Shown here: positions 18,042 to 26,977 of the stretch, one piece after another
Position numbering within the stretch: position 1 is the stretch's first letter
Layout: every line of letters starts with the position of its first letter
DNA from: Candidatus Caccalectryoclostridium excrementigallinarum
Lineage (GTDB): Bacteria > Bacillota > Clostridia > Christensenellales > UBA3700
Assembly: GCA_018714485.1 (NCBI GenBank)
Contig: DVNJ01000015.1
Location: forward strand, 35,217 to 99,216
Length of the DNA: 64,000 nucleotides
Reading direction: 5' to 3'
The notes under the pieces: model-generated
Told to the model about the DNA's origin: nothing
What the model saw: only the letters and a program-made list of their open reading frames with translations
The model's database searches: none
Made by a program: the position numbers and the translations under genes

Positions 18042-18821
18042 ATGGAAAAAAGGGTTTGGGTGCCTTTCGGCGCTCTTTCGAAAACGGCAAAGATCAAAAG
18101 AGGCATTTCTCTTTCCTGCGAGGCGGGGATCTCCCTGACTTCGCTGATCATGGCGGCGGTCTACGGCGCGAAAGGCGACGAGAACAACCGCCTCTTTACC
18201 TGCCTGATGACGGGCTTACTGCTTTGGGTGCCCGTCGCCGCCGAGCGCGTTTTCAGGCACAGATTCTCCTTTTCGCAGCATCTTGCCTTTATTCTCCTTC
18301 TCCTCGGCGGAGCGCTTTTGGGCAGCGTCTTTTATCTTTTCTACAAAACTTCCTGGTTCGACTGCTTCATGCATGTTTTTGCGGGCTATCTGCTGATGAT
18401 ATTTTTGCTCATGCCCCTTTGCCGCAAGCTTGGCGAGATAGAAGAGGGCGGCTTGAAAGACAGGCGCTCTGCCCTTTCGAGCGCCTTTATCCTTTTTTTG
18501 TGTTCGCTGGGGACGGCGTGTTTTTGGGAACTTGCGGAATTTGTCGCCGACGTGCTCTTCAAGCAGACGGCGCAGGGCACGGCGAGCGAGGAGATCTTGC
18601 AGGCGATCGCGGACAAGGGATATACGGGCGTGGCGGCGAGCTGGGAAGCGCAGAAATACGTGAGCGTGCTCGACACCGACCTCGACATGCTCTGCCATGC
18701 GGTCGGGAGCCTCGTGTTCTGCCTGCACTATCTTTTGCACGTCTTCACCAAAAAAGACTTAGGCATGGGCAGGCTGGTAAGGGACATAAGGGCGGATGAG
18801 ATGAATACCGCCGCTATATAA
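18042..18821 (+). CDS. polytopic membrane protein, paralog B
   Basis: 259 aa, paralog of 16484-17320 in inverted orientation. GGAGGGTGA RBS. Confidence 0.65.
   Translation: MEKRVWVPFGALSKTAKIKRGISLSCEAGISLTSLIMAAVYGAKGDENNRLFTCLMTGLLLWVPVAAERVFRHRFSFSQHLAFILLLLGGALLGSVFYLFYKTSWFDCFMHVFAGYLLMIFLLMPLCRKLGEIEEGGLKDRRSALSSAFILFLCSLGTACFWELAEFVADVLFKQTAQGTASEEILQAIADKGYTGVAASWEAQKYVSVLDTDLDMLCHAVGSLVFCLHYLLHVFTKKDLGMGRLVRDIRADEMNTAAI
18654..18731. repeat. inverted repeat arm B (pairs with 16637-16714)
   Basis: See arm A. The block encodes KYVSVLDTDLDMLCHAVGSLVFCLHY. Confidence 0.85.
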
Positions 18822-19776
18822 TGGAAGAAAGGCTGATCTCGCCCGAATTTATCTTGATGAGTTCCGCTCCCGCGCGCACATAGAGCGCGCCGTCGTCGTC
18901 TATGCTTTCCGCGACGCCCGAATATTCCGCGCCGCCGCGCTCAAAGGAGACCTTTTTCCCGATCACATAGGAAAACTCGCGGTATTCATCCATGAACGTC
19001 CTCTCCCCAAGCTGCGCGCACACTTGGCTCAGGCGGGATATCGTCGCGCCGATGAGCGCGTCGCGCTCTCTTTCCGAAACGCTTTCTTTGAGCGAGCGAG
19101 CCTTGTCTTTCAGTTCGGGCGGCATTTGTCCCGTGACGTTTATCCCTATCCCGACCACGGCGCCGAGCAGGGCGCCCTTTTCGTCGACTGCGCTTTGAGT
19201 GAGTATCCCGCAGACCTTTTTGCCGCAAAAATAGAGGTCGTTCACCCATTTTATGCGCGTGTCGAGCCCGAAGACGTCCGCGATCGCGCGCCTGACCGCC
19301 ACGGCGGCGGCGGGAGTCACGACCAAAAGCTCTTCATAAGACTTGACGCTCCTCACGACCACGCTCATATAGATCCCCGTGCCCGCGGGCGAGAAGAATT
19401 TCCTGCCGACGCGCCCGCGCCCTTCGCTCTGCGCGTTGGCGACGACGGCGGTGAGATGCGGGCATTTTTCTTTGAGCAGTTCGAGCGCGACGTCGTTGGT
19501 CGAAGGGACGCTTTTGAACAAAAAAAGCGGTGCTTTCGCTTCTCCCGCCACCGCGAGCACTCCCGAAGCGCGCGGAGCGCGGCATTCTTTGAGCGCATAT
19601 CCTCTGCCGCTGCCGCCATCTATCTCATAGCCCGCGCCGCGCAGAGCGCGCACGGCTTTCCAGACGGACGCGCGCGAGACGCCCAACTTCGCCGCCATGC
19701 TCTCTCCCGAGCAATGCCGCTCCTTTTTCAAAATTTCCAGCACTCCGAGCGCCGTCTTTCCCTTTATCTCTTTCAT
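18814..19776 (-). CDS. birA: bifunctional biotin--[acetyl-CoA-carboxylase] ligase / biotin operon repressor
   Basis: ORF 18814-19875. N-terminal HTH (ESMAAKLGVSRASVWKAVRALRGAGYEI) and ligase motif GRGRVGRKFFSP. Start set to ATG 19774-19776 (MKEIKGK), which overlaps the radC stop. Confidence 0.85.
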   Translation of the reverse strand: MKEIKGKTALGVLEILKKERHCSGESMAAKLGVSRASVWKAVRALRGAGYEIDGGSGRGYALKECRAPRASGVLAVAGEAKAPLFLFKSVPSTNDVALELLKEKCPHLTAVVANAQSEGRGRVGRKFFSPAGTGIYMSVVVRSVKSYEELLVVTPAAAVAVRRAIADVFGLDTRIKWVNDLYFCGKKVCGILTQSAVDEKGALLGAVVGIGINVTGQMPPELKDKARSLKESVSERERDALIGATISRLSQVCAQLGERTFMDEYREFSYVIGKKVSFERGGAEYSGVAESIDDDGALYVRAGAELIKINSGEISLSSII

Positions 19777-20462
19777 AATAAGCCGTTGAATTTGAAGCTG
19801 TAAAAACTCTTGTCGCTGATGATGATATGGTCGTTCAGCGTTACGCCCGCCCCCGAGAGCAGCTCTTTCACGCAAGAGGTGAATTCCGCGTCGCGGTGAG
19901 AAGGGAGCGCGCTGTCGCCCACATGGTTATGCAATAAATATGCGCTCTTTGTCTTGTTCCCCGTGACGGAAGCGAGCACAAGCTCTTCGGGAACGTCGCA
20001 GGCGATCTCGTCGCCGCGCGCCAAAAGCACGCTTGCGACCGTCTTGGCGCTGCCGCCGAGGCAGACGATATAAACCCTCTCTTCCCTCACGCCGCCGAAC
20101 AGCTCGAAAGCATACTGCGCCACGGTGAACGAATCGCGGAAGTATACGGAAAAAGCCCTGCTCTTTCGGCACCTGTCGCCGATGTCGGTCATGCAACTTA
20201 AAAAGAGCACCGCGTTTTCCGTGATGCCTTTTATCTGTCTGAGCATGGCGGGAGTGGCGTGCGCCACGCCGTCAAGCGATGAAAATCTTTCTATGAGTTC
20301 GTGCGCGATGACGTTTGTGTCCTTGCGCGGGATAAAGGGATAGAGCAGATATTCCAAGACCTCATGGTCGGAAAGACCTTCGATGCCGCCGTGCGCTATG
20401 CGCTCGCGCATGCGCTGCCTGTGATCGGCGTGAACGCTCTCTTTTTCCCCTTTTTCCTTCAT
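19773..20462 (-). CDS. radC: RadC-family JAB/MPN domain protein
   Basis: 229 aa. N-terminal HhH region (LSDHEVLEYLL...LIERFSSLDGV) and C-terminal HNHVGDSALPSHRDAEFT (HNHPSG-like metalloprotease motif). Confidence 0.8.
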   Translation of the reverse strand: MKEKGEKESVHADHRQRMRERIAHGGIEGLSDHEVLEYLLYPFIPRKDTNVIAHELIERFSSLDGVAHATPAMLRQIKGITENAVLFLSCMTDIGDRCRKSRAFSVYFRDSFTVAQYAFELFGGVREERVYIVCLGGSAKTVASVLLARGDEIACDVPEELVLASVTGNKTKSAYLLHNHVGDSALPSHRDAEFTSCVKELLSGAGVTLNDHIIISDKSFYSFKFNGLL

Positions 20463-20474
20463 TGCGCCGCTTTG

Positions 20475-21281
20475 TTAAAATCTTCTCTTGCTCACGCCGT
20501 AAGACTTTGTCTTCCCGAACCCTTTCTTTTTGAAGTTACGGCTCGCCTCGGCGTCGTAAAGATCCATGTCCGTGTGATATTTGATATTGCTCTCGCTCAC
20601 GCGCGGATATTCCGCGTTTTCGCTCCTTTCGCGGCGCTCGCGGCGGGGACGCTCTCCCCCCTTCCTCTCGCGCTTGGGATGCTTGTCGGGGACGATGACC
20701 ACGCAGCGGAAAGGCTCTTCGCCCTCGCTGTGGGTGGAGACGAACTTGTCCTCGGAAAGCGCGGAATGTATCACTCTGCGCTCGAAAGGATTCATCGGTT
20801 CGAGCTTGATCGTCTCGCCCGACTTCGCCGCCTTGAAGGCGAGCCTGCGCGCGAGCTTGGTGAGGATCTGAACTCTCTTTTCGCGGTAATTCTCGCCGTC
20901 CACGATCACCCTGCCGTCAAAGCCTTCCACGGCGTTCGCCACGAGCAAAGCCAAATATTGCAGGCTGTCGAGCACGTCGCCGCGATAACCGATGACATGG
21001 GCGACGTCTTCGCCGCTGATCTCATACAAAAAGCCGTCGTCCGTCTTTTTCATTTCCACCGTGCAGTCAAAGCCCATGCGCGCGATGACGCCGCGGATAA
21101 ATTCGAGCGCCGCTTTTTCGCCCTTGGGCTTTTCGCTTATTTTGACGGTATATTTCTTCTTGATCAGCCCGCTTTCCTTGACGAGCTCATAGTCGCACTC
21201 GTCTTCGCTTATTCCCAGCTGCTGCGCGCCTTTTTGCAGGGCTTCCTTGACGCTGCCCGCCGTTATTTCGATACTTTCCAT
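20475..21281 (-). CDS. jag: RNA-binding protein Jag/KhpB (Jag_N-KH-R3H)
   Basis: 268 aa. KH (VIGYRGDVLDSLQYL) and R3H (MNPFERRVIHSAL) motifs. Conserved position after yidC. Confidence 0.85.
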   Translation of the reverse strand: MESIEITAGSVKEALQKGAQQLGISEDECDYELVKESGLIKKKYTVKISEKPKGEKAALEFIRGVIARMGFDCTVEMKKTDDGFLYEISGEDVAHVIGYRGDVLDSLQYLALLVANAVEGFDGRVIVDGENYREKRVQILTKLARRLAFKAAKSGETIKLEPMNPFERRVIHSALSEDKFVSTHSEGEEPFRCVVIVPDKHPKRERKGGERPRRERRERSENAEYPRVSESNIKYHTDMDLYDAEASRNFKKKGFGKTKSYGVSKRRF

Positions 21282-21291
21282 ATTATTTCCC

Positions 21292-22617
21292 TTATTTTAT
21301 TTCCACAAGTTCTTTTGCGCGGTTTTTGTTGTCGATTATCTTAGTGACGATGATATAGATCACGTTGATGAGAGTGCTCACCAGGTTGCTCATGAAGTAA
21401 TAAATAGCGAACGCCGCGCTGTACATGATGGCGAAAATGCCCATCACGAGCGGCATTATATAGGTGAGTATCTTCATCGTGCGCTGCTGCGATTTTTGCT
21501 GCTTGGCGTCCCCCATGGGCGTGGCGGCGGGAGAGAGCTTTTGCGTGAACCAGGTCGAGAGGAAGGAGAGCGCGATCGAGAGCACGGGCAGCACGAAATA
21601 GCCGTTCCATCTGCCTGCGTCCCACGTCCCCGTCTTGTTGAGCGCGGACTGCGCGGGACCGGTCAGCTCGTCATAGGACACGCCTGCCGCCGCGTCGGGC
21701 ATCTGCGCCTGTATCCTGCCGCCCACGAATTCGTCCACGCTGGGCACGACGTTGGAGCCGGTGTCGGGCATAAAGATGTTCTGTATCCACAAAAAGCCTT
21801 CCATATGCTCTTCGTATGCCAGCACCATCGCCTCATTCTTGTTCTCGGCAAAGCAGGCGATCGTCTTGTTCAAGATGTCCCTGTCCTCTTCGGGCAGAGC
21901 GTCGCGATAGGCGTTTTTCTCGCCCACCGTGGCTTTTTCGTTCCATTCGCCGTAAAGCGCGAAAGCCTTGCTGTAAGCAAGATAATATTCGCCCTCGACT
22001 CCCTCCTGTCCCGGAGTAAGATAGCCCTCTTCGCCCTTTATCTGGGCGTTTATCTCCTCAACGAGCTTGTCTATCTCTTCCTGCGGCACGTCTGCGCCCT
22101 CTTCGACGTCGCTCAAAAGCTTATCCGTCTGCGAAGAGATGACAAAGTCGCCCGCCGCTTCCATCGCGTGCTGCGAGCCTTCGTCCTCGTCATATTGCGT
22201 ATAAGAGGCGTAAACTCTTTCGATTATGTCCTCGTTCTTATATGCGACAAGGTCTCTGAAACCCGCAAAGACCACGAAGAAGACCACCATGGTCACGATA
22301 AGTGGAAGACAGGAGGCAAAGGGGTGGAGCTTTTCCTGCTTTTGCAGCTCCGCCTGTTTCTGCCTCAAAAGCTGAGGCTGATTTGCGTATTGTTTTTGCA
22401 GTTTGGCAAGTTTGGGCTGCAAGCGCCTCATCGCCTTGCTCTGCTTGCGCTGGGAGATCTTCTGCCAAATATCGAGCGGGGACAGTATCAGTCGCAAAAT
22501 AATGGTAAAGACTATTACCGTCACGCCGAAGGTGGGCAGTTTTTCGTCGAGCTGAACGAGCCATTGTCCGATAAGGTTATCGGGCAAAGCCGCCGCGAGC
22601 ATCATCATAAGATCCAT
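21292..22617 (-). CDS. yidC: YidC/Oxa1-family membrane protein insertase with a ~200-aa acidic insertion
   Basis: 441 aa. YidC hallmarks (ILRLILSPL, FLWIQNIFMPD, C-terminal TM bundle). Long Asp/Glu-rich insertion between TM2 and the FLWI motif. Confidence 0.85.
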   Translation of the reverse strand: MDLMMMLAAALPDNLIGQWLVQLDEKLPTFGVTVIVFTIILRLILSPLDIWQKISQRKQSKAMRRLQPKLAKLQKQYANQPQLLRQKQAELQKQEKLHPFASCLPLIVTMVVFFVVFAGFRDLVAYKNEDIIERVYASYTQYDEDEGSQHAMEAAGDFVISSQTDKLLSDVEEGADVPQEEIDKLVEEINAQIKGEEGYLTPGQEGVEGEYYLAYSKAFALYGEWNEKATVGEKNAYRDALPEEDRDILNKTIACFAENKNEAMVLAYEEHMEGFLWIQNIFMPDTGSNVVPSVDEFVGGRIQAQMPDAAAGVSYDELTGPAQSALNKTGTWDAGRWNGYFVLPVLSIALSFLSTWFTQKLSPAATPMGDAKQQKSQQRTMKILTYIMPLVMGIFAIMYSAAFAIYYFMSNLVSTLINVIYIIVTKIIDNKNRAKELVEIK

Positions 22618-22841
22618 TTGGCATTTCCTTTATAGTTGTCTTTCACGGGGTCGTATCCGCCCTCTTTCCAAGGCACGCAGCGCATTATCCGCGCCGCGCC
22701 CAAAAGCGTTCCGACGAGCAATCCCCTCTTTTTCACCGCCTGTCCCATATATGCCGAACAGGAGGGGATATAGATGCAGCGATCGCCCATCAAGGGATTG
22801 AAATATCTCTTATACGTCTTTATCAGGCACATTTTTCCCAA
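22605..22841 (-). CDS. yidD: membrane protein insertion efficiency factor
   Basis: 78 aa. YIPSCSAYMGQAV...RCVPW..GGYDPV pattern. Overlaps the rnpA 3' end; an alternative ATG at 22832 is possible. Confidence 0.8.
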   Translation of the reverse strand: MGKMCLIKTYKRYFNPLMGDRCIYIPSCSAYMGQAVKKRGLLVGTLLGAARIMRCVPWKEGGYDPVKDNYKGNAKWIL

Positions 22842-23199
22842 AAACGGCGCGAATGGCGCCTTCTTTGTCTTTCAGCTTGCCCGCCCTTTCAAAGACAGAG
22901 GCAAGATCAAGGCACAAGCTCGAAAAATCCGCTTTCGCGGCGGCGGGAGACGCCACCACGATATAATTATACCCGTTTTCGACGCAGGGGATAAAGCGGC
23001 GCGCGATCTCTTTTATCCTGCGCTTGACCTTATTCCTCACCACGCTTTTGCCGACCTTCTTGCCGGCGACGATCCCTATATGCAGTCCGCGGCGGGCGCT
23101 GTGATATATGAGCGTCATATACCTGCCCGCCGAACGGCTGCCTTTGGCATAGATATAAGAAAAAGTGCGCCTGCCGCTGAGGCGATACTTCTTCTGCAT
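22810..23199 (-). CDS. rnpA: ribonuclease P protein component
   Basis: 129 aa. KKVGKSVVRNKVKRRIKE (RNR motif). Follows rpmH. Confidence 0.85.
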   Translation of the reverse strand: MQKKYRLSGRRTFSYIYAKGSRSAGRYMTLIYHSARRGLHIGIVAGKKVGKSVVRNKVKRRIKEIARRFIPCVENGYNYIVVASPAAAKADFSSLCLDLASVFERAGKLKDKEGAIRAVFGKNVPDKDV

Positions 23200-23202
23200 A
23201 CC

Positions 23203-23337
23203 TTACGCGGACAGCTTTTTCCTGCCCTTGTTGCGGCGCCTTGCGAGCACGTTCCTGCCGCCTTTGCTTGCCATTCTCTTGCGGAAGCCGTGCACTTTGC
23301 TGCGCTGCCTCTTCTTAGGCTGATAAGTTCTTTTCAT
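23203..23337 (-). CDS. rpmH: 50S ribosomal protein L34
   Basis: Too short for the ORF track. My reverse translation gives [44 protein letters not shown], with stop TAA at 23203-23205. Confidence 0.95.
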   Translation of the reverse strand: MKRTYQPKKRQRSKVHGFRKRMASKGGRNVLARRRNKGRKKLSA

Positions 23338-23374
23338 AGCCGAAACTCCTCTCTTTTATAGTAATAGCGCAATG

Positions 23375-23404
23375 ATTATAATATAATGCAAAAAGCCTTG
23401 TCAA
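23375..23404 (-). promoter_or_regulatory. promoter of rpmH-rnpA operon
   Basis: Minus-strand TTGACA (23404-23399) - 18 nt - TATAAT (23380-23375). Confidence 0.65.
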
Positions 23405-23429
23405 GCGATTTGAAGACCGCCGCCGCTCC

Positions 23430-23700
23430 CGCCCCGAAAAAATATCCGCCTTACTCGCCGTGCCCAAACTTCAAAAAACATCCGTCCCTTCCGAGCCGAG
23501 CGAACTTTCGGAAAATATCCCCTCGTTCGCCTTTCCCGAAATTCGCAGAAAATTCCGCCTCAACCGCCTTACCCGAAACTTTCGGAAATTTCCCCCTCGC
23601 CCGCTTACCCGAAACTTTCGGGAAATATCCGCTCGCCCGCTTACCCGAAACTTTCAAAAAAACATACTCTTGCTCGCCGTGTCCGAAAGCGGAAAATTTT
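23430..23700. repeat. degenerate tandem array, ~36-bp period, 7-8 units, palindromic CCGAAACTTTCGG core
   Basis: Three best units start exactly at 23569, 23605 and 23641 (TTACCCGAAACTTTCGG.AAATNTCC.CTCGCCCGC). Progressively degenerate units lie on both sides. Confidence 0.85.
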
Positions 23701-23752
23701 CACATTTTGTATATGTTATAACTAATAGTTATTATATTATCCTTTATCCCCC

Positions 23753-23781
23753 TTGCTTTGGCGCGCGCCGTGAGTTATAAT
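23753..23781 (+). promoter_or_regulatory. promoter of the helicase gene
   Basis: TTGCTT (23753-23758) - 17 nt - TATAAT (23776-23781). GAGGAG RBS before ATG 23811. Confidence 0.6.
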
Positions 23782-23810
23782 ATTTTTGAACAAATGTTTG
23801 AGGAGCGAAA

Positions 23811-25955
23811 ATGACTCTCGACGATCTTTTGAAAGGACTGAACAAAGATCAACGCCGAGCCGTGGAGAGCACGGAAGGGCGCGTGCGCGTTGCGGCGGGA
23901 GCGGGCAGCGGAAAGACGCGCGTGCTCACCCTGCGCTATGCCTATATCGTGCAAAAACTCGGCGTCACGCCCGAGCATATACTCTCCGTCACTTTCACGA
24001 ACAAAGCGGCGCGCGAAATGCGCGATCGCATACGCGCGTTGATGCCGGACGGAGACGGCGGCTGGATCCTGACCTTTCACGGCGCCTGCCACAAAATACT
24101 CAAAGAAGAGATAGGCTTTTTCGCCTATCCCGAGAATTTTATGGTAATGGACGAAGAAGATCAAAAGAGCGTTTTACAGCGCATTTTTTCGCAAAAAGGC
24201 TTTACGCTCAAAGATTTTTCCTTCCGCGACTGCATGAACGCGATCGAAGAATATAAGGCTTTTGCCGACTATGTGCCCTTTTTGACCGACGTCAAACGCG
24301 CGCAAAAAACTCCCGCGCTCGATGAAGAGAAAAACAAGCTCGACGCCGTCATCGCCGCCTATCTCGACATGCAGCGCAAAAACTATTGGCTCGACTTTGC
24401 CGACCTGATACAATTCACGCTTTATTTGTTCAAAATAAGCAAAGCCGCTCTGCAAAAATGGCAAAACAAGTTCGAATATGTGCAAATAGACGAATTTCAG
24501 GACGTCTCGGGCGAACAATACAAATTGGCGCGCGCTCTCGCCGGCAAGCATAAAAACCTCTTCATCGTGGGCGATCCCGATCAGACCATCTATTCCTGGC
24601 GCGGCGCAGACGTCGGCTTTTTCAACAACTTCGACAAGTTTTTCGCGGACGCAAAAACCATCGTTCTCGACGAAAATTACCGTTCCACGCCCGAGATCCT
24701 CGCCGTGAGCAACGCGCTGATAAGCAAAAACGAAGACAGGATAGAAAAGTCGCTCAAAGCCACTCGTCCGCACGGCGAAAAACCTCTCTATCATCACGCG
24801 AAGTCGCGGATCGACGAGGCAGACGCGATCGCAAACAAGATCCTCGAGCTGAAAAAGACGGGAGTTTCTCTCTCCGACATCGCCGTTTTATATCGCGGCA
24901 ATTATCTCTCGCGCGTCATCGAGACTTCTTTTGTCAAAAAAGGCGTTCCCTATGTCGTTTTCAGCGGTACGGCGTTTTATCAGCGCAAAGAGATAAAAGA
25001 TGCCCTCGCCTATTTGAGACTGAGCGTTTTCGGCGACGACCTGTCTTTCGAAAGAGTCGTCAACACGCCTCACCGCGGCATAGGCGCGACGCGCCGCTCA
25101 CTCCTGCGCGCTTATGCCGAAGAAAACGGCTGCTCCTTGGCGCAGGCGCTCGGCGCGCTTGCCTTGACTCCCCGCTTCAAGGGAACGGGCGCGGGAGAGC
25201 TTTTGCACTTTTTGATAGACGCACAGGCTTTCGCCGCCGAACACGACCCCGCCGAAACGCTCGACCACGTTTTGCAAAAGAGCGGATACGAAGAGTTTTT
25301 GCGTCTGAGCGGCGGTCAGGACAGATTGGATAATCTGAGCGAATTAAAGGCGTCCGTGCGCGAGTTTGTCGAGTCGGAAGGCGACGACGCGAGCGTTCGC
25401 GACTATCTCAACAGCATATCCCTGCTCACGAGCGCGGACGCGGAAGAGAAGAAAGACTGCGTCAAACTCATGACCGTGCATACGGCAAAGGGCTTGGAAT
25501 TTCCCTATGTGTTCGTTTGCTGCCTGAATGAAGGGCTTTTCCCCTCGCGCAAGATCAAAAACATCGAGGAAATGCAGGAAGAACGCCGCGTCGCCTACGT
25601 CGCATTGACGCGCGCGCAAAAGCGGCTTTTCCTTTCGGACGCGGAAGGCTACGACGCACAAGCGGGCGGCGCAATGTATACCTCGCGCTTTATTTTCGAG
25701 ATCGGAAAAGACCTGCTCCAAACGAGCGGAAGGTTCTCCCTCGGTCATCTCGCGCGCTCGAAAACCTTCATAAGTTCGCATTTGAGCGGCAAAAAAGTCG
25801 AAAAGAGCGGCTTTTCCGTCGGCGAAAAGGTTTTTCACCCCGTTTTCGGCGTCGGCAGCATAGCAAAAGCAGAGGCCGACTCCTATCTCGTCCTGTTCGA
25901 AAGCGGAAAGACGCGCTCCATTGCCGCCACGTCGGACATACTAAAACCGCTCTGA
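23811..25955 (+). CDS. UvrD/PcrA/Rep-family ATP-dependent DNA helicase
   Basis: 714 aa. Walker A AGAGSGKTRVLT, motif II IDEFQD, TVHTAKGLEFPYVFV near the C-terminus. Confidence 0.9.
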   Translation: MTLDDLLKGLNKDQRRAVESTEGRVRVAAGAGSGKTRVLTLRYAYIVQKLGVTPEHILSVTFTNKAAREMRDRIRALMPDGDGGWILTFHGACHKILKEEIGFFAYPENFMVMDEEDQKSVLQRIFSQKGFTLKDFSFRDCMNAIEEYKAFADYVPFLTDVKRAQKTPALDEEKNKLDAVIAAYLDMQRKNYWLDFADLIQFTLYLFKISKAALQKWQNKFEYVQIDEFQDVSGEQYKLARALAGKHKNLFIVGDPDQTIYSWRGADVGFFNNFDKFFADAKTIVLDENYRSTPEILAVSNALISKNEDRIEKSLKATRPHGEKPLYHHAKSRIDEADAIANKILELKKTGVSLSDIAVLYRGNYLSRVIETSFVKKGVPYVVFSGTAFYQRKEIKDALAYLRLSVFGDDLSFERVVNTPHRGIGATRRSLLRAYAEENGCSLAQALGALALTPRFKGTGAGELLHFLIDAQAFAAEHDPAETLDHVLQKSGYEEFLRLSGGQDRLDNLSELKASVREFVESEGDDASVRDYLNSISLLTSADAEEKKDCVKLMTVHTAKGLEFPYVFVCCLNEGLFPSRKIKNIEEMQEERRVAYVALTRAQKRLFLSDAEGYDAQAGGAMYTSRFIFEIGKDLLQTSGRFSLGHLARSKTFISSHLSGKKVEKSGFSVGEKVFHPVFGVGSIAKAEADSYLVLFESGKTRSIAATSDILKPL

Positions 25956-25974
25956 CGGCGCCGCTTTCGGCCGA

Positions 25975-25990
25975 TGTTTCACGTTAAACA
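25975..25990. promoter_or_regulatory. parS-like site (15/16 match to TGTTNCACGTGAAACA)
   Basis: TGTTTCACGTTAAACA, 20 nt after the helicase stop. Single mismatch at position 11. Confidence 0.55.
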
Positions 25991-26184
25991 ATCGAAAATA
26001 AAACGTCATCGCCGACAATAATATCAGGACAATTATTCCTGTCGGGAATATCGGACCCAGCCAATTTATCCGTTCGGCTAATTGTTTTGCGTCAACGCAA
26101 AGATTTGCAACGAGAGTCTCGTGCGCGTAATTATTACGCGCATAACATATAAAACCGCCCTTTTTCGCAAAAAAAACACAGCAA

Positions 26185-26310
26185 CAGCCGTATTCAAAAA
26201 TACAGACCGATCATGACTGCCGAAAAGCCGCACGCGCAGCCGTACTCAAAAAATACAAATCGATCACGGCTTCCGAAAAAGCCGCGCGCACAGCCGTACT
26301 CAATACCCGC
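26185..26310. repeat. tandem repeat, ~53-bp unit x2.4
   Basis: CAGCCGTAYTCAAAAA(A)TACA.A.CGATCA.G.CT.CCGAAAAGCCGC.CGC. units at 26185-26236 and 26237-26290, with a partial unit from 26291. Confidence 0.85.
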
Positions 26311-26673
26311 AAAACAATTACGCTCGCTAAAAATACAGCAAGCAGCATCATGCTTAAAAAAACCAATATTGCCCCATTCTCAGATAAGGCAATTAAAAAA
26401 CCGAAACTGTTTTTACCCGATGCCGTCGAGCGCTCGCAAGGCTTATCCGGATCAAATTCAACGCTTTCGGCATTATCCCGCCCTTGCCAAGCGTTGCTTT
26501 TGCCAACAAGCACGCCCTTGCCGAACGACTTACAAAGTACGACTCGCCTCTCTTCCGACGCCACCCTATTGCCGCACCCCGAGCAACAGCCCGTCCTTAA
26601 AAGCGTTTTGTCGCCACCGCCGCATTACAGCTATGCAGCCTGTTAGGATCGCCTTGGCGTTTACACCCCGAAG

Positions 26674-26925
26674 TTAATATAAAACCCCTTTTTCTGTCGG
26701 AAAATATCTTTCGTAATCCTCATCCGTAAGCGGTGTGCCGCGCTCTATCGCTTCCTCACACATTTTCTTGAAGTCGTCATTGCCTATATCATAAGGCATA
26801 GTTATAGGTATCATCGGATAATCTCCGAATTTTTCCTTATAATGCTCATAGTAAGCGGTAAACTCTTCTTTTGGTTGCGCCTTGACACTTTTTTTAAGCT
26901 TTTCGATATTCACTTTTTTCATCAT
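26674..26925 (-). CDS. hypothetical 83-aa protein (no family recognised)
   Basis: The only convincing ORF in the 4.3-kb island. Balanced composition (MMKKVNIEKLKKSVKAQPKEEFTAYYEHYKEKFGDYPMIPI...), GGAGAG RBS and its own consensus-like promoter. Confidence 0.6.
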   Translation of the reverse strand: MMKKVNIEKLKKSVKAQPKEEFTAYYEHYKEKFGDYPMIPITMPYDIGNDDFKKMCEEAIERGTPLTDEDYERYFPTEKGVLY

Positions 26926-26977
26926 TCTGCTCTCCTTACTTTTATTTCACTATACCCCTTTTTTGTCTTCCGATTTA

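Noticed and set aside
23386-23721. 111-aa ORF (and 106-aa and 68-aa ORFs) across the 36-bp repeat array, giving a repeated PETFG.YPLARL peptide.
   Set aside because: It starts inside the rpmH promoter -10 and has no RBS. The periodic peptide is just the translated DNA repeat, and all three frames are open, as expected for non-coding repeat DNA.
23338-23810. DnaA boxes in the rpmH-helicase spacer (for example TTATCCTTT and TTATCCCCC at 23737-23752, and ATATCCGCT-type words in the repeats).
   Set aside because: Only 6-7 of 9 matches and no 8/9 or 9/9 box, so this is not enough to call an oriC here. The dnaN-side cluster is somewhat better.
26211-26564. 117-aa minus-strand ORF with one TM-like segment downstream of the 83-aa gene.
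   Set aside because: GTG start without an RBS. Its C-terminal third is the translated 53-bp tandem repeat. I kept it only as a possibility inside a finding, not as a feature.
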